Assembly (NCBI GenBank): GCA_963771275.1
Contig: CAVYSW010000003.1
Location: forward strand, 1,568,001 to 1,632,000
Source of the DNA: an uncultured Gemmatimonadales bacterium
GTDB taxonomy: Bacteria > Gemmatimonadota > Gemmatimonadetes > Gemmatimonadales > GWC2-71-9
Direction of reading: 5' to 3'
DNA length: 64,000 nt
Part shown: positions 9,822 to 20,129 of the stretch, piece by piece
Layout of the letters: each line of letters opens with the position of its first letter
Position numbering within the stretch: position 1 is the first letter of the stretch
The notes under the pieces: generated by a model
What the model was told of the DNA's origin: nothing
The model's database searches: none
The model's input: the letters and a program-made list of their open reading frames with translations, nothing else
Translations under genes and position numbers: made by a program

Positions 9822-12041
9822 TCAGGCGAGGTGCATCCTGCGCAGCAATGCCACGAAGCGCGGGTGCGAGCGCAGCGGCGCAAACAGGAACGAGCCCCGG
9901 ATGCCGTACACGGCACCCGCGTGCTGCTCGAACGCTTGCTCCAGGCACTCGATGGCGCGGTCGTGTTCCCCAAGACCCGTGTACGCGTACGCCAGGTGGT
10001 TGGGCGCGACGTATCGCTTGCTCGACTGCTCCTCGAGGTCCCGGAGAACCTCCCGAGCTCGGTCGGTGTTTCCCGCCAGCGCGTATGCCTCGCCGAGCTG
10101 GGCCAGCCAGAGGGAGTCGCCCGGCGAGAGCGCCACGGCCCGCTCGAGCGCCGCCAGACCCTCGGCGATCCTGTCCAACTTGAAATAGGCCCAGCCAAGC
10201 GTGGCATGGCCCCTCGCACTGTCGCGGCCGAGCGCGATGGCCCGGCGGGCGGCCTCCAGTGCCTCGTCGTACCGCCCGGCCCGCAGGAGCGAGGTGGCGA
10301 CATCCGCCGGATGTGCCAGTGGGTCGAGCTCCTGGGCGCGCTCCTGCAGCGCGATCGCCTCGTCGTAGCGTTCCAGCGCCGAGCACAGGCGTCCGTACAG
10401 GTCATACGTGTCCGCGCTGCTCGGACTCAGCTCGAGTGCGCGCTTGAGCCCCTCCTCGGCGCCTGCCCAGTCAAGGTCGATCGCGAGCCTGCAAAACCCC
10501 GCGACGCAGTGTGCTTCTCCGAGCTCGGGGTCGAGCGCGAGCGCGCGCGCCGCAGCTTTGGCAGCCCGCGGATAGGCCTCGTCGGGGCGCAGCGCACCGA
10601 TTTCCCCGAGCTCCATGAAGGCCAAGCCCACGCTGGCGTGCGCCAAGGCATACCGCGGATCGCGCTCGATCGCTTCCTCGAAGTACCTGATCGCCTGGCG
10701 AACCGCGTCCGCGGTGTACCGGATGAAACAGTTTCGGCCTTGCAGATAGAGCTGGTACGCACGCAGGTCGCTGGTTGGCTCCCTCCCCATGCGGGCTTTC
10801 TCGTCGGGAGACAGTTCGGCCTTGAGCGCGCCGGCGATATGCAGTGCCACCTCCGTCTGGATGGCGAAGATGTCGGTCAGTTGGCGGTCATACGTCTCTG
10901 CCCAGAGGTGCTGGTCCGTCCCCGCGTCGATCAGCTGCGCCACGATCCGGACCCGGTCCCCCGCGCGGCGCACGCTGCCCTCGAGCAGCGCCGCGACCTG
11001 CAGTCGGGCGGCGATCTCCCGCAGACCCTGCTGCCGCCCCTTGAACGGCATCACCGACGTGCGGGAGATGACCTTCAACGCCCGGATCTTGGAGAGCTGG
11101 GCGATCACGTCCTCCGTGATCCCGTCGGCGAAGTACTCGTTTTCCGGGTCGGCGCTCAGGCTCACGAACGGCAACACCGCCACGGACCGTGGCCTCGGTT
11201 GCACGGTGGCTGGCGCGCTGAGTGCGTCAGCGAATGCGGTCACGGTGGCGAAGCGGTCAGCAGGCGCCCTGGCGAGGGCGCGCCGGATCGCGCCTTCCAC
11301 GAGATCCGGGACGGTATCGCGCACCGCCCGCAGCGAGGGCATCGGGTCCGCGAGCCGGCGCGCCAGTATCGCCTGCGCGGTCGGCCCCGTGTACGGAGGC
11401 GCGCCGGCCAGCATCTCGTACAGGACGCACGCCAGGCTGTACTGATCGCTCCGTCCGTCGAGCTGTGGCTCGGCCATCGCCTGCTCGGGGCTCATGTAGG
11501 CCGGTGTCCCGATGGCCAGCCCGGTTTCCGTGACCCTCGGTCCGCCGGCGGCGCTCACCGCGCGCGCGATGCCGAAGTCCGCGACGAGGGCGTGCCCGCC
11601 GGCGAGCAGGACGTTCTCGGGCTTCACGTCGCGGTGGACGACGCCGAGGCTGTGGGCGTACCCCAGGGCGTCGGCGATCTCGCGGGCGATGTGGAGGGCC
11701 TCGTCGAGCGGGAGCTGCCGGTCGCGCGCGAGGCGGTCGCGGAGCGATTCGCCCTCGACGAACGGCATCACGTAGAACAGCAACCCGCCCGCCTCGCCGC
11801 TGTCGAACAGTGGGGTGACATTGGGATGCTGGAGGCTCGCGGTGACCTTGATCTCGGCCAGGAACCGCTCGGCGCCCAGGACGGCGCCGATCTCCGGGCG
11901 CAGCACCTTGAGCGCGACGCGCCGGTCGTGCCGCACGTCGCGCGCGAGGTAGACGATGGCCATCCCCCCTTCGCCAAGCCGGCGCTCGACCACGTAGCGG
12001 TCGGCGATGGCCGCGACAAGCTGCTCGAGGGCGTCCGTCAC
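9822..12041 (-). CDS. Hanks-type Ser/Thr protein kinase with TolB-like and TPR domains
   Basis: GEGGMAIVY, VALK, HRDVKPEN, DFG, GTPAYMSPE; 'SVAVLPF...EYFADGITED'; TPR repeats; GTG start inferred. Confidence 0.92.
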   Translation of the reverse strand: MTDALEQLVAAIADRYVVERRLGEGGMAIVYLARDVRHDRRVALKVLRPEIGAVLGAERFLAEIKVTASLQHPNVTPLFDSGEAGGLLFYVMPFVEGESLRDRLARDRQLPLDEALHIAREIADALGYAHSLGVVHRDVKPENVLLAGGHALVADFGIARAVSAAGGPRVTETGLAIGTPAYMSPEQAMAEPQLDGRSDQYSLACVLYEMLAGAPPYTGPTAQAILARRLADPMPSLRAVRDTVPDLVEGAIRRALARAPADRFATVTAFADALSAPATVQPRPRSVAVLPFVSLSADPENEYFADGITEDVIAQLSKIRALKVISRTSVMPFKGRQQGLREIAARLQVAALLEGSVRRAGDRVRIVAQLIDAGTDQHLWAETYDRQLTDIFAIQTEVALHIAGALKAELSPDEKARMGREPTSDLRAYQLYLQGRNCFIRYTADAVRQAIRYFEEAIERDPRYALAHASVGLAFMELGEIGALRPDEAYPRAAKAAARALALDPELGEAHCVAGFCRLAIDLDWAGAEEGLKRALELSPSSADTYDLYGRLCSALERYDEAIALQERAQELDPLAHPADVATSLLRAGRYDEALEAARRAIALGRDSARGHATLGWAYFKLDRIAEGLAALERAVALSPGDSLWLAQLGEAYALAGNTDRAREVLRDLEEQSSKRYVAPNHLAYAYTGLGEHDRAIECLEQAFEQHAGAVYGIRGSFLFAPLRSHPRFVALLRRMHLA

Positions 12042-12505
12042 CCGGTGCTCAATCCTGGAGGTGAGACGGCACGAGGCCGGGGCCCGGCCGCTGGGACCTG
12101 GAGAATCGACATCGCACGCTCGCTGGTGACCGGGATTCTCCTTACGGTACTGCGCTGGTGCCGCCGTTGCTAGAGGGGACACGCCGCCCACCCGGCGTGC
12201 ATTCGGCGGTGCCCTCTGCGCCTCAGGTCGGCTCGTCGGAGGTCGGGCCGAGCCAGGCATCCGTGGGGGATCCGGCAATCCCGGACGAATCGATGGAAGA
12301 GTCCCGGCGGCCGCTTGCTCCACCCTGCCTGGACGGTCCACTCACCCCTATCTACTTTGACGGGGCGACCGGGAGTCCCAGTCGGAGCCGCCAAGGCCGC
12401 CGGTCGAGCGGGCAGCCCCTTAATTCACCGGATCGTTACAGACGGGAACCCGCTCCGGCTCTCCGGCGTTCAAGGTGTGTCCATCGAATGTACCGTGGAG
12501 GAGAA

Positions 12506-13639
12506 GTGACCGCCCAGGGAATGTTGTCGCGGTCGTGGGCCGCGATACCGCTGTTGTCGGTGCTGGCCGCCGCCGCGTGCGGCAAGGGGGGCGCTGGGTT
12601 CGCGTTTCCCCTGACCGAGGTATCGGTGGTGACCATGGCGCCGCGAACCGTGCCGGAGACGTTCGAGTTCCCCGGCCAGGCACAGCCGTACCGCAGCGTG
12701 GAAGTGCGCTCGCGGGTGGACGGGGTCATCCTCGAGCGGCCGTTCACGGAGGGGATGATCGTCCGGCCGGGCCAGGTCCTGTACCGGCTCGACAAAGTGC
12801 GGTACCAGGCGGCATACGACGGGGCGCTGGCGCGGTTCCAGAACGCGAAGGCGACGTACGAACGGCTCGCCCCGCTGCTGGCGCAGCACGCCGTCGCGCA
12901 GCAGGACGTGGACAACGCTCAAGCGGCCTACTCGGCAGCCCAGGCGGCGCTCGAGGCGGCGCGCAAGGACCTCGAGGATACCGACGTCAAGGCGGGGATG
13001 GCGGGACGCGTCGGGCGGACCCTGCTGGAGGTCGGCGCGCGGGTCACCGGCCCGGCGGACTTGCTCACCACGATCGACCAGCTCGACCCGGTGTACGTGT
13101 CCTTCCAGCCGTCGTCGCAGCAGCTCCTCGAGTGGCGTGAGAATCCGCGCTGGCGCGCGCTGGTCGAGCCGGGAGGCGGGCTCACCGTGCGCGTGGTGCT
13201 TCCGGACGGCTCGCTCCTGCCGAGCGTGGGCCGGCTCGACTTCGTGGCGCCGGCGTTCAACGCGGCGACCGGCACGCAGGAGTTCCGGGCGGTCTTTCAG
13301 AACGCCGGCCGGCTGCTGACGCCGGGGGAGTTTGTGCGGGTGCGGCTCATGGGCTTCGAGCGGGACAGCGCCATGGCCATCCCGCAACGGGCGGTCCAGA
13401 CGGGACTCGGACGCCAGTTCGTCTACGTCGTCGCGGACGGCGACACCGTGCGGATCCGCGACGTGCAGACCGGCCCGTGGTCGGACGGAGCGTGGATCAT
13501 CGAGCAGGGACTCGCGCCGGGTGACCGCGTGGTGGTCGACGGTCTGCAAAAGGCGGTGCCCGGCCGGCCGGTGAAGCCGGTGCCGCTGGCGGACAGCTCG
13601 GCGGCCCCGCCCGCGCCGGGGGCCGGGGCGGCGCGATGA
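12506..13639 (+). CDS. RND efflux membrane fusion (periplasmic adaptor) lipoprotein
   Basis: Lipobox 'AAAC'; 'VEVRSRVDGVI', 'LDPVYVSF', 'GLAPGDRVVVDG'; GGAGGAG before GTG 12506 (ATG 12521 is an alternative start). Confidence 0.9.
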   Translation: MTAQGMLSRSWAAIPLLSVLAAAACGKGGAGFAFPLTEVSVVTMAPRTVPETFEFPGQAQPYRSVEVRSRVDGVILERPFTEGMIVRPGQVLYRLDKVRYQAAYDGALARFQNAKATYERLAPLLAQHAVAQQDVDNAQAAYSAAQAALEAARKDLEDTDVKAGMAGRVGRTLLEVGARVTGPADLLTTIDQLDPVYVSFQPSSQQLLEWRENPRWRALVEPGGGLTVRVVLPDGSLLPSVGRLDFVAPAFNAATGTQEFRAVFQNAGRLLTPGEFVRVRLMGFERDSAMAIPQRAVQTGLGRQFVYVVADGDTVRIRDVQTGPWSDGAWIIEQGLAPGDRVVVDGLQKAVPGRPVKPVPLADSSAAPPAPGAGAAR

Positions 13640-16600
13640 CGCAGCCGTCCCGCGCGCGCGAGATCGCGTACTACTTCATCCGGCGGCCGGTTTTGGCCGG
13701 CGTGGTCTCGATCATCGTCACCCTGATGGGCGCCCTGGCCATCCGGCTGCTCCCCATCTCCCGGTATCCGCAGATCACGCCGCCGGCGATCCAGGTGATC
13801 GCCGTCTATCCCGGCGCCACCGCGCAGGACGTCGCCGAGGCGGTCGCCGCGCCGATCGAGCAGCAGCTCTCGGGCCTCCAGGGACTGTTGTACTACACGT
13901 CCGCGAACGCCAGCGACGGGACGATGATCCTGTCGATCTACTTCGAGACGGGACGTGACCAGGATCTCGCGGCGGTGGACGTGCAGAACGCGGTGCAGCT
14001 CGCCTCCCCGCAGCTCCCGGCGGCCGTGCGGCAGAACGGGATCTCGATCGTCAAGGCGAACACCGACATCCTCGGTGCGGTGGCGCTCACCTCGACCGAC
14101 CCGCGGTACGACGCCGCGTATCTGACCAACTACATGAAGCTGTATGTCGAGGACGAGATCAAGACCGTGCCGGGCCTCGGCAACTTCCAGACGTTCGGCG
14201 GGCTCCAGTTCTCGATGTTGATCCAGCTCGATCCGGACAAGATGGCGCAGCTCGGCACCACGGTGAGCGACGTCGCCAGCGCGGTGCGGGAGCAGAACGC
14301 CACCAACCCGGCCGGCCGCCTCGGTCGCGAGCCGGCGCCGGAGGGCACCCAGCTCACGATCCCGGTCACCACGATCGGGCGGCTCCAGACCCCGGACCAG
14401 TTCAACGACATCATCGTGCGCGCCGAGCCCAACGGGTCGCTGGTCCGGATCCGCGACATCGGACGCGCGGTGCTCGGGTCACAGGACTACAACCAGGCCG
14501 GCCGCCTGAACGGACGGCCCACGGCGCTCGGCCTCCTGTTCCTGCGGCCCGGCGCCAACGCGCTCCGCACCCAGGCGCTCGTCGTGCAGCGCGTGGCGGC
14601 GCTCTCCAAGAACCTCCCGCCCGGCGTCACCCTCAACGTGCCGTTCGACACGACGCCGTTCGTGATCGCCTCGATCCACGAGGTGGTGGTGACCCTCGCC
14701 GAGGCGCTGCTCCTCGTGGCGCTGGTGGTGTTCGTCTTCCTCCAGAGCTGGCGCGCCACCCTGATCCCGATGCTCGCCGTGCCCGTCAGCGTGATCGGGA
14801 CGTTCCTCGGGCTCAAGATGCTCGGGCTCTCGATCAACGTGCTCACGCTGTTCGCGCTGGTGCTCGCGATCGGCATCGTGGTGGACGACGCCATCGTCGT
14901 GATCGAGAACGTCGAGCGGATCATGGCCACCGAACGGGTTTCGGCTCGGGTCGCCGCGGACCGCGGGATCCGCCAGGTTGCGCCGGCGCTCGTGGCGATC
15001 GTGCTCTCCCTGGTCGCGGTATTCGTGCCCGTCGCCTTCACCGGCGGCGTGACCGGCGCGCTGTTCCGCCAGTTCGCCATCACGATCGCGATTGCGGTGG
15101 TGCTCTCGGGACTGGTGGCCCTGACGTTGACGCCCGCGCTCTGCGCGTGGCTCCTCAAGGACGTCAGCGAGGCCCACGCCACCGGGCCGTTTGGCGCGTT
15201 CAATCGGCTCTTCGATCGGGGCCGCGGGACGTACGTGCGCAACGTCCAGCGCGTGCTGAGCTACCCGCGTGCGGGGCTTGCCGCCTTCGCGGTGGTGATC
15301 GCCCTCGCGGTCGTGCTCTGGCGCCACGTCCCCTCGTCGTTCATCCCCACCGAGGACAAGGGGTACTTCGCGGTCGCCCTCCAGCTCCCCGACGGCGCGT
15401 CGTTGCAGCGCACCGAAGCCGTGGTGGAACGGGTCGAAGGCTTCCTGCGTCAGGAGCCGGCGGTGCGGAACATCGTCGCCCTCGCCGGCCTCGACATCCT
15501 GAGCCGCTCCAACCAGACCAACAGCGCGGTCATCTTCGCCCAGGTCAAGCCCTGGGACGAGCGTGGTAAGGGCGAGGCCCTGGACGCGATCACCGCGCGG
15601 CTCAGCGGCCGGCTGTTCGCCATGAAAGACGCGATGGCCTTCGCCTTCAATCTCCCCGAGATCCCCGGCCTCGGCGCCACCGCGGGGGTCGAGACGAACC
15701 TCCAGGACAAGACCGGCCGGCCGGTCAGCGCCTTCGCGGGTGACGTGCAGGCGTTCGTGCAGGCGGCGAACCAGCTCCCCGCCGCCGCGGGGATGCAGGC
15801 GAACTTCCGCGCCAGTGTGCCGCAGCTCTACGTGCAGGTGGACCGCGCCGCCGCCCTGGCCCGCGGCGTCCGGCTGAGCGACCTGTTCGGCACGCTCCAG
15901 GCCCTGCTCTCGACCCTCTACATCAATGACTTCAACCTCTACGGAAAGACCTATCGGGTGCAGGCCGAGGCGCAGGCGCCCTTCCGCCAGACGCCGGCGG
16001 ACATCGGCCGGCTCTATGTGCGGGGGACGAACGGCGCGATGATCCCTGTCTCCGCGCTCACCCGCACGGAGTTCCGCGCGGCGCCAACCCTGCTCTCCCG
16101 GTTCAACGGCTTCACCTCGGCGCTCATCACCGCCGCCCCGAAACCCGGGCGGAGCACCGGCGAGCTGATGACACAGCTCGACACGCTGGTCCGCTCGCCC
16201 CGCTTCGCGTCCAGCGGGCTGGCGCTGGCGTACTCCGGCCAGTCCTACCAGGAGCGCGCCTCCAGCGGCGCGGCGGACGTGGTGCTGGTGCTGGGGCTGA
16301 TCATCGTCTTTCTGGTGCTCGCCGCCCAGTACGAGAGCTGGACCCTGCCGTTCGCGGTGCTGCTCGGCATCCCGTTCGGCGTGCTCGGCGCGTACTTCGG
16401 CGTGTGGCTGCGCGGCCAGCCGAGCGACGTCTATGTCCAGGTGGGCCTGATCACCGTGGTCGGGCTGTCGGCCAAGAACGCGATCCTCATCGTGGAGTTC
16501 GCCAACAAGCTCCACGCCCAGGGGGTGCCGCTGCTCCAGGCGGCCACAGAGGCGGCGCGCGACCGGTTGCGCCCGATCCTGATGACGTCGCTGGCGTTCA

Positions 16601-16797
16601 TCTTCGGCGTCTCGCCGCTCCTGATCGCGTCGGGCGCCGGGGCGATGAGCCGGCACTCGATCGGCACCACGGTCTTCTCGGGGATGGTGGTGGCGACGGC
16701 GATCGCGATCATCTTCATCCCGCTCTTCTTCTACCTCATCCAGGGGCTGGCGGATCGTGCCCGCGGGGCGTCCGTGACGACCGAGGAGGGTGTATGA
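13636..16797 (+). CDS. RND multidrug efflux permease (AcrB/MexB, HAE1 family)
   Basis: 1053 aa; proton-relay motifs 'GIVVDDAIVVIENVER', 'AKNAILIVEFA', 'RLRPILMTS'. Confidence 0.96.
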   Translation: MTQPSRAREIAYYFIRRPVLAGVVSIIVTLMGALAIRLLPISRYPQITPPAIQVIAVYPGATAQDVAEAVAAPIEQQLSGLQGLLYYTSANASDGTMILSIYFETGRDQDLAAVDVQNAVQLASPQLPAAVRQNGISIVKANTDILGAVALTSTDPRYDAAYLTNYMKLYVEDEIKTVPGLGNFQTFGGLQFSMLIQLDPDKMAQLGTTVSDVASAVREQNATNPAGRLGREPAPEGTQLTIPVTTIGRLQTPDQFNDIIVRAEPNGSLVRIRDIGRAVLGSQDYNQAGRLNGRPTALGLLFLRPGANALRTQALVVQRVAALSKNLPPGVTLNVPFDTTPFVIASIHEVVVTLAEALLLVALVVFVFLQSWRATLIPMLAVPVSVIGTFLGLKMLGLSINVLTLFALVLAIGIVVDDAIVVIENVERIMATERVSARVAADRGIRQVAPALVAIVLSLVAVFVPVAFTGGVTGALFRQFAITIAIAVVLSGLVALTLTPALCAWLLKDVSEAHATGPFGAFNRLFDRGRGTYVRNVQRVLSYPRAGLAAFAVVIALAVVLWRHVPSSFIPTEDKGYFAVALQLPDGASLQRTEAVVERVEGFLRQEPAVRNIVALAGLDILSRSNQTNSAVIFAQVKPWDERGKGEALDAITARLSGRLFAMKDAMAFAFNLPEIPGLGATAGVETNLQDKTGRPVSAFAGDVQAFVQAANQLPAAAGMQANFRASVPQLYVQVDRAAALARGVRLSDLFGTLQALLSTLYINDFNLYGKTYRVQAEAQAPFRQTPADIGRLYVRGTNGAMIPVSALTRTEFRAAPTLLSRFNGFTSALITAAPKPGRSTGELMTQLDTLVRSPRFASSGLALAYSGQSYQERASSGAADVVLVLGLIIVFLVLAAQYESWTLPFAVLLGIPFGVLGAYFGVWLRGQPSDVYVQVGLITVVGLSAKNAILIVEFANKLHAQGVPLLQAATEAARDRLRPILMTSLAFIFGVSPLLIASGAGAMSRHSIGTTVFSGMVVATAIAIIFIPLFFYLIQGLADRARGASVTTEEGV

Positions 16798-18287
16798 GGT
16801 CCAGCGTCTCCCTCCTCGTGACCGCGGCGCTCGCGGTTCCGGTCCTGGCCGGGTGCGGCCCGGGGTATCACCCCGCGCCGGTCGTCCCCGCCGGGACGCG
16901 AGCCGGCGCCCCCGGTGCCGACTCGCTGCGCGCGTTCTTCGACTCGCTGGAGCAGGCCCGCGCCGCCGACACCTTGCCTCCCGAAGGTGCGACCCGCCCG
17001 CTCCCACCGCGCGCGCTCACCGCCGAGTCGCTGGCCGACCTGGCGTGGCTCGACGTGCTGCAGGACACGGTGCTCACGGCGCTGGCGCGGCGCGCGCTGC
17101 GGGAGAACCGCGACCTGGAGATGGAGCGGGCACGCATCCGAGAGTCCCGCGCTGCTGCGGGGGTGGCGCGCTCCGGCCTCTTCCCCAGCTTGGCCCTCGA
17201 CGGGAGCGTGTCGCGCAGCAAGGTGGCGTTCGGCACGCTCGCCATTCCGCCGTACACGGCCTGGCGCGCCACGGCGGATGTCTCCTGGGAGCTGGACTTC
17301 TTCGGCTGGGGCCCACGGATCAGGGCCGCGAACGCCGACCTGGCGTCCCAGGAGGCCAACGAGCGCGCCGCCGCGCTCGTGCTGGTGAGCGAAGTGGCGA
17401 GCGGTTACCTGCAGCTCCTGGAGCTGGATCAGGAGCGCGCGACCGCACAGCAGACGCTCGCCTCGCGCCAGGCGACGCTCGACCTCGCGCGGCGGCGCTA
17501 CAGCCGCGGCCTCATCTCCGAGCTGGACGTGCGCCAGTTCGAGGCGCAGGTGGCGGTTCCCGCGGTGCGTCTGGCCCAGGTGGAGCAGGCGCGCGCGCTC
17601 CAGGAGCACGCGCTCAATGTCCTGCTGGGCGAAGGCCCGGCGCCCATCCCGCGCGGCGCCTCGCTGGCGCGTGCGGCGCGGGCGGTGGCAGTACCGGATT
17701 CGGTGCCGGTGTCGCTGATCGAACGGCGCCCCGACGTCCAGGCCGCCGAGCGGGAGTATGCGGCGGCGGCGGCACGCGTGGGCGTTGCGGTGGCGGCGCG
17801 CCTTCCGGCCTTCTCCATCACCGGGTCCTGGGGCGCGCAGTCCCCGACGCCCGGCGACCTCACGGCGTCGAGCAGCAGAGTGTATCAGATCCTCGGGGCG
17901 ATCTCGTTCCCGATCTTCACCGGCGGGCGGCTCATCGGCCAGCAGCGGGTGGCCGCGGCGCGGGCCGACCAGGCGCGGGCGGCCTACGAGCAGACGGTGC
18001 TGACCGCGCTTCAGGAGGCGGGTGATGCGCTGGTCGGCGTGCGGGCGGCGCGCGATCAGCTCGCGGCCCAGGCGACGCAGGCCGCCGCGCTCCGTCGCGC
18101 GCTCGACCTCGCCACGGTCCGCTACCAGAGCGGCGTCTCGAACTACCTCGAGGTGCTCGACGCGCAGCGCAGCCTGTTCGACGCGCAGCTAGCCGAGAGC
18201 CAGGCGGAGCTTCAGGAGCTGGTGGCCGCCGTGCGGCTGTATAAGGCGCTGGGCGGGAGCTGGCCCGAGGGAGACGGGGGGCAGTGA
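16794..18287 (+). CDS. Efflux outer-membrane factor lipoprotein (NodT/OprM family)
   Basis: Lipobox 'LAGC'; 'SWELDFFG', 'RRPDVQAAE', 'YLEVLDAQR', 'LYKALGG'. Confidence 0.93.
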   Translation: MRSSVSLLVTAALAVPVLAGCGPGYHPAPVVPAGTRAGAPGADSLRAFFDSLEQARAADTLPPEGATRPLPPRALTAESLADLAWLDVLQDTVLTALARRALRENRDLEMERARIRESRAAAGVARSGLFPSLALDGSVSRSKVAFGTLAIPPYTAWRATADVSWELDFFGWGPRIRAANADLASQEANERAAALVLVSEVASGYLQLLELDQERATAQQTLASRQATLDLARRRYSRGLISELDVRQFEAQVAVPAVRLAQVEQARALQEHALNVLLGEGPAPIPRGASLARAARAVAVPDSVPVSLIERRPDVQAAEREYAAAAARVGVAVAARLPAFSITGSWGAQSPTPGDLTASSSRVYQILGAISFPIFTGGRLIGQQRVAAARADQARAAYEQTVLTALQEAGDALVGVRAARDQLAAQATQAAALRRALDLATVRYQSGVSNYLEVLDAQRSLFDAQLAESQAELQELVAAVRLYKALGGSWPEGDGGQ

Positions 18288-18381
18288 CTAGCCCAGCAGG
18301 AATCGACCGAAGCCCAACCTGGTCGCCACCCAGCTCGTCGACCAGCGTATCGCCGAACCGGTCGTAGAACTCACGGGACAG

Positions 18382-18645
18382 CGTCCCCCGTGGTGGAGCT
18401 GAACCGCGCGGTCGCGCACGCGATGGCGTTCGGTCCGGCGGCGGGGCTCGAGATCCTGGACCCGCTCGCCGCCGAGCCCTCTCTCACGAACTACCGCCTG
18501 CTGCGCAGCGTGCGGGGCGACCTCCTCTTCAAGCTCGGCACGATTCGAGGAGGCCCGCGCCGAGTTCCAGCGGGCGGCGACGCTCACGAAGAACGCCCCG
18601 GAGCGCGACCTGCTGCTCCGACGCGCCGCCGCCTCCTCGCCAGCC
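18382..18645 (+). pseudogene. Truncated, frameshifted copy of the ECF42 sigma factor 3' end
   Basis: Encodes SPVVELNRAVAHAMAFGPAAGLEILDPL...GDLLFKLG, then +1 shift at about 18540, then RFEEARAEFQRAATLTKNAPERDLLLRRAAA; colinear with 6298-6560. Confidence 0.85.
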
Positions 18646-18824
18646 CGACTGGGGCAGGCCGACCCGGCGCCCTCCGGCGTCGCCGGTCTCGGCGTTGAGA
18701 CCATCGCGGCGCGGTTGTTCGTGCGGCCGCGATCCCGTTATGATGCGCGGGACGCATCCAACTCCAGGCGCGGTCAGCAGACCCGCATCGCTCCCGTGGC
18801 TCGCAGGTCGAAGGAGTCCGCTTC

Positions 18825-19358
18825 ATGTCCCCAACGACGAGCGTCGTCGGCGCGCGCCAGCGACCGCTGCGCGCGCAGTATCGCAACGATCCGTCCGCCG
18901 CTCTGGTGGTCGACCATGCGCGCACGCTGGGCAACGCGCCCAGCGATCCGTTTCACTCACAGGTCGAGCCCGCTCCCGGCCACGGCGTGGTGACCCCGAT
19001 CGCGGTGCACCGGGCGCTCGGTGGCCCGCAGGACGGGCCGACTCCGGGAGACATCCTGTGCTCCGCCCTGGCGGCCTGCCTGGACACATCGTTGCGCATG
19101 GTGGCGAACGTCTATGGCATCGTGCTCGAGCAGGTGTCGGTGGAGGTCGAGGGGGAGGTCGACGTGCGGGGTACCCTCGGCATGGGGCGAGACGTGCCGG
19201 TCGGGTTTCAGGCGATGCACTGCCGCGTCCACCTCGAAGTCGCGGCAGGTACTCCGCCCGAAGACCTCCAGCGTCTCATCGCGACCGCCGAGCGCGCGTG
19301 TGTCGTGCTCCAGACGCTGCGCGCGGGCGTGGCGGTCGACACCTCGGTGGGCGCGTGA
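18825..19358 (+). CDS. OsmC/Ohr family protein
   Basis: 'GPTPGDILCSALAACL' and 'AERACVVLQTL' cysteines; AAGGAG RBS. Confidence 0.85.
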   Translation: MSPTTSVVGARQRPLRAQYRNDPSAALVVDHARTLGNAPSDPFHSQVEPAPGHGVVTPIAVHRALGGPQDGPTPGDILCSALAACLDTSLRMVANVYGIVLEQVSVEVEGEVDVRGTLGMGRDVPVGFQAMHCRVHLEVAAGTPPEDLQRLIATAERACVVLQTLRAGVAVDTSVGA

Positions 19359-19421
19359 CGCGCCGCGAGGCACCCTGCCGAAGCAGGCCTCGGCCGCCCC
19401 TCTCGCCGTTCACTTCTCAGT

Positions 19422-20129
19422 CTATGCGTGCTCGCCGGGTGGCAGGTGGCGCACGGTGAGGAGTCCGAGCGCGAGCATCACGGCGGCGTAGCCGAGCGCC
19501 CAGGAAACGTGGCCCCACAGCGGAGCGCCGCCGGCGGCGAAGTAGCTCGCGTGTCGGCCTGGTGGGAGGAGGACGTTGAGCACCGCGCCCGCGATGGAGT
19601 CGCTCGCCGGCCAGCGGCTGCGGACCAGATCGCCCAGGATGAACGCGAACATGGCGAACAGCCAATCGAGCCGGGAGAACCGTGAGCAAGCGAAGACGAG
19701 GCTGCCGAGGAGCATGAAGGTGATGCTCCAGTCGGCGAACGGACGGAGACCTGGCCACATCGGCCCGCGCACCACGGCGAAGATGCCGGTGAACGCCAGC
19801 AGGACCGCCAGGAAACTCACCAGCGTCGCGCCGAATGCCACGCCATAGTACGCGACTGCGGAGAGGGGCTTGGACAGGATGAACCGGTAGTATCCCTGCC
19901 GGATGTCCGCCCCCACGACGCCGGCGGTCGCGACCAGCGTGAGGAACACTGTGATGTTCCCGAGGACCTGCACGAGGAGCCTGCGCAGCGCCTCCGGGTC
20001 CGTCCGGGGCCCGCCCGCGCCGAGCAGCACGGGCAGCGACAGCACGGCGCCCAGGATGAGCATCGCGGCCCCGCGCGTGAGGAGATGGTCCGCGAGATAG
20101 CGCGGCAGATATCGGAGGACGACGCTCAT
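19422..20129 (-). CDS. ABC transporter permease-like membrane protein
   Basis: About six hydrophobic segments, 'ADIRQGYYRFILSKPLS'; coupled to the ABC ATPase gene. Confidence 0.75.
   Translation of the reverse strand: MSVVLRYLPRYLADHLLTRGAAMLILGAVLSLPVLLGAGGPRTDPEALRRLLVQVLGNITVFLTLVATAGVVGADIRQGYYRFILSKPLSAVAYYGVAFGATLVSFLAVLLAFTGIFAVVRGPMWPGLRPFADWSITFMLLGSLVFACSRFSRLDWLFAMFAFILGDLVRSRWPASDSIAGAVLNVLLPPGRHASYFAAGGAPLWGHVSWALGYAAVMLALGLLTVRHLPPGEHA

Noticed and set aside
9799..10386. N-terminal extension of the 1071-aa ORF
   Set aside because: Overlaps the kinase gene out of frame; a signal peptide starts at 9798.
12085..12113. Third ATGTCGATTC (minus strand) upstream of the kinase gene
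   Set aside because: The -35 matches the ECF42 motif but there is no CGAC or CGTC at 16-18 bp spacing; at most a decayed site.
7141..17007. Long opposite-strand ORFs (633, 780 and 842 aa; similar ones at 21733, 35826 and 56120)
   Set aside because: Mirror frames of well-supported genes, with no recognisable motifs.
6567..18381. Calling this block a mobile element
   Set aside because: No integrase, transposase, tRNA target or obvious compositional shift; kept only as a hypothesis.
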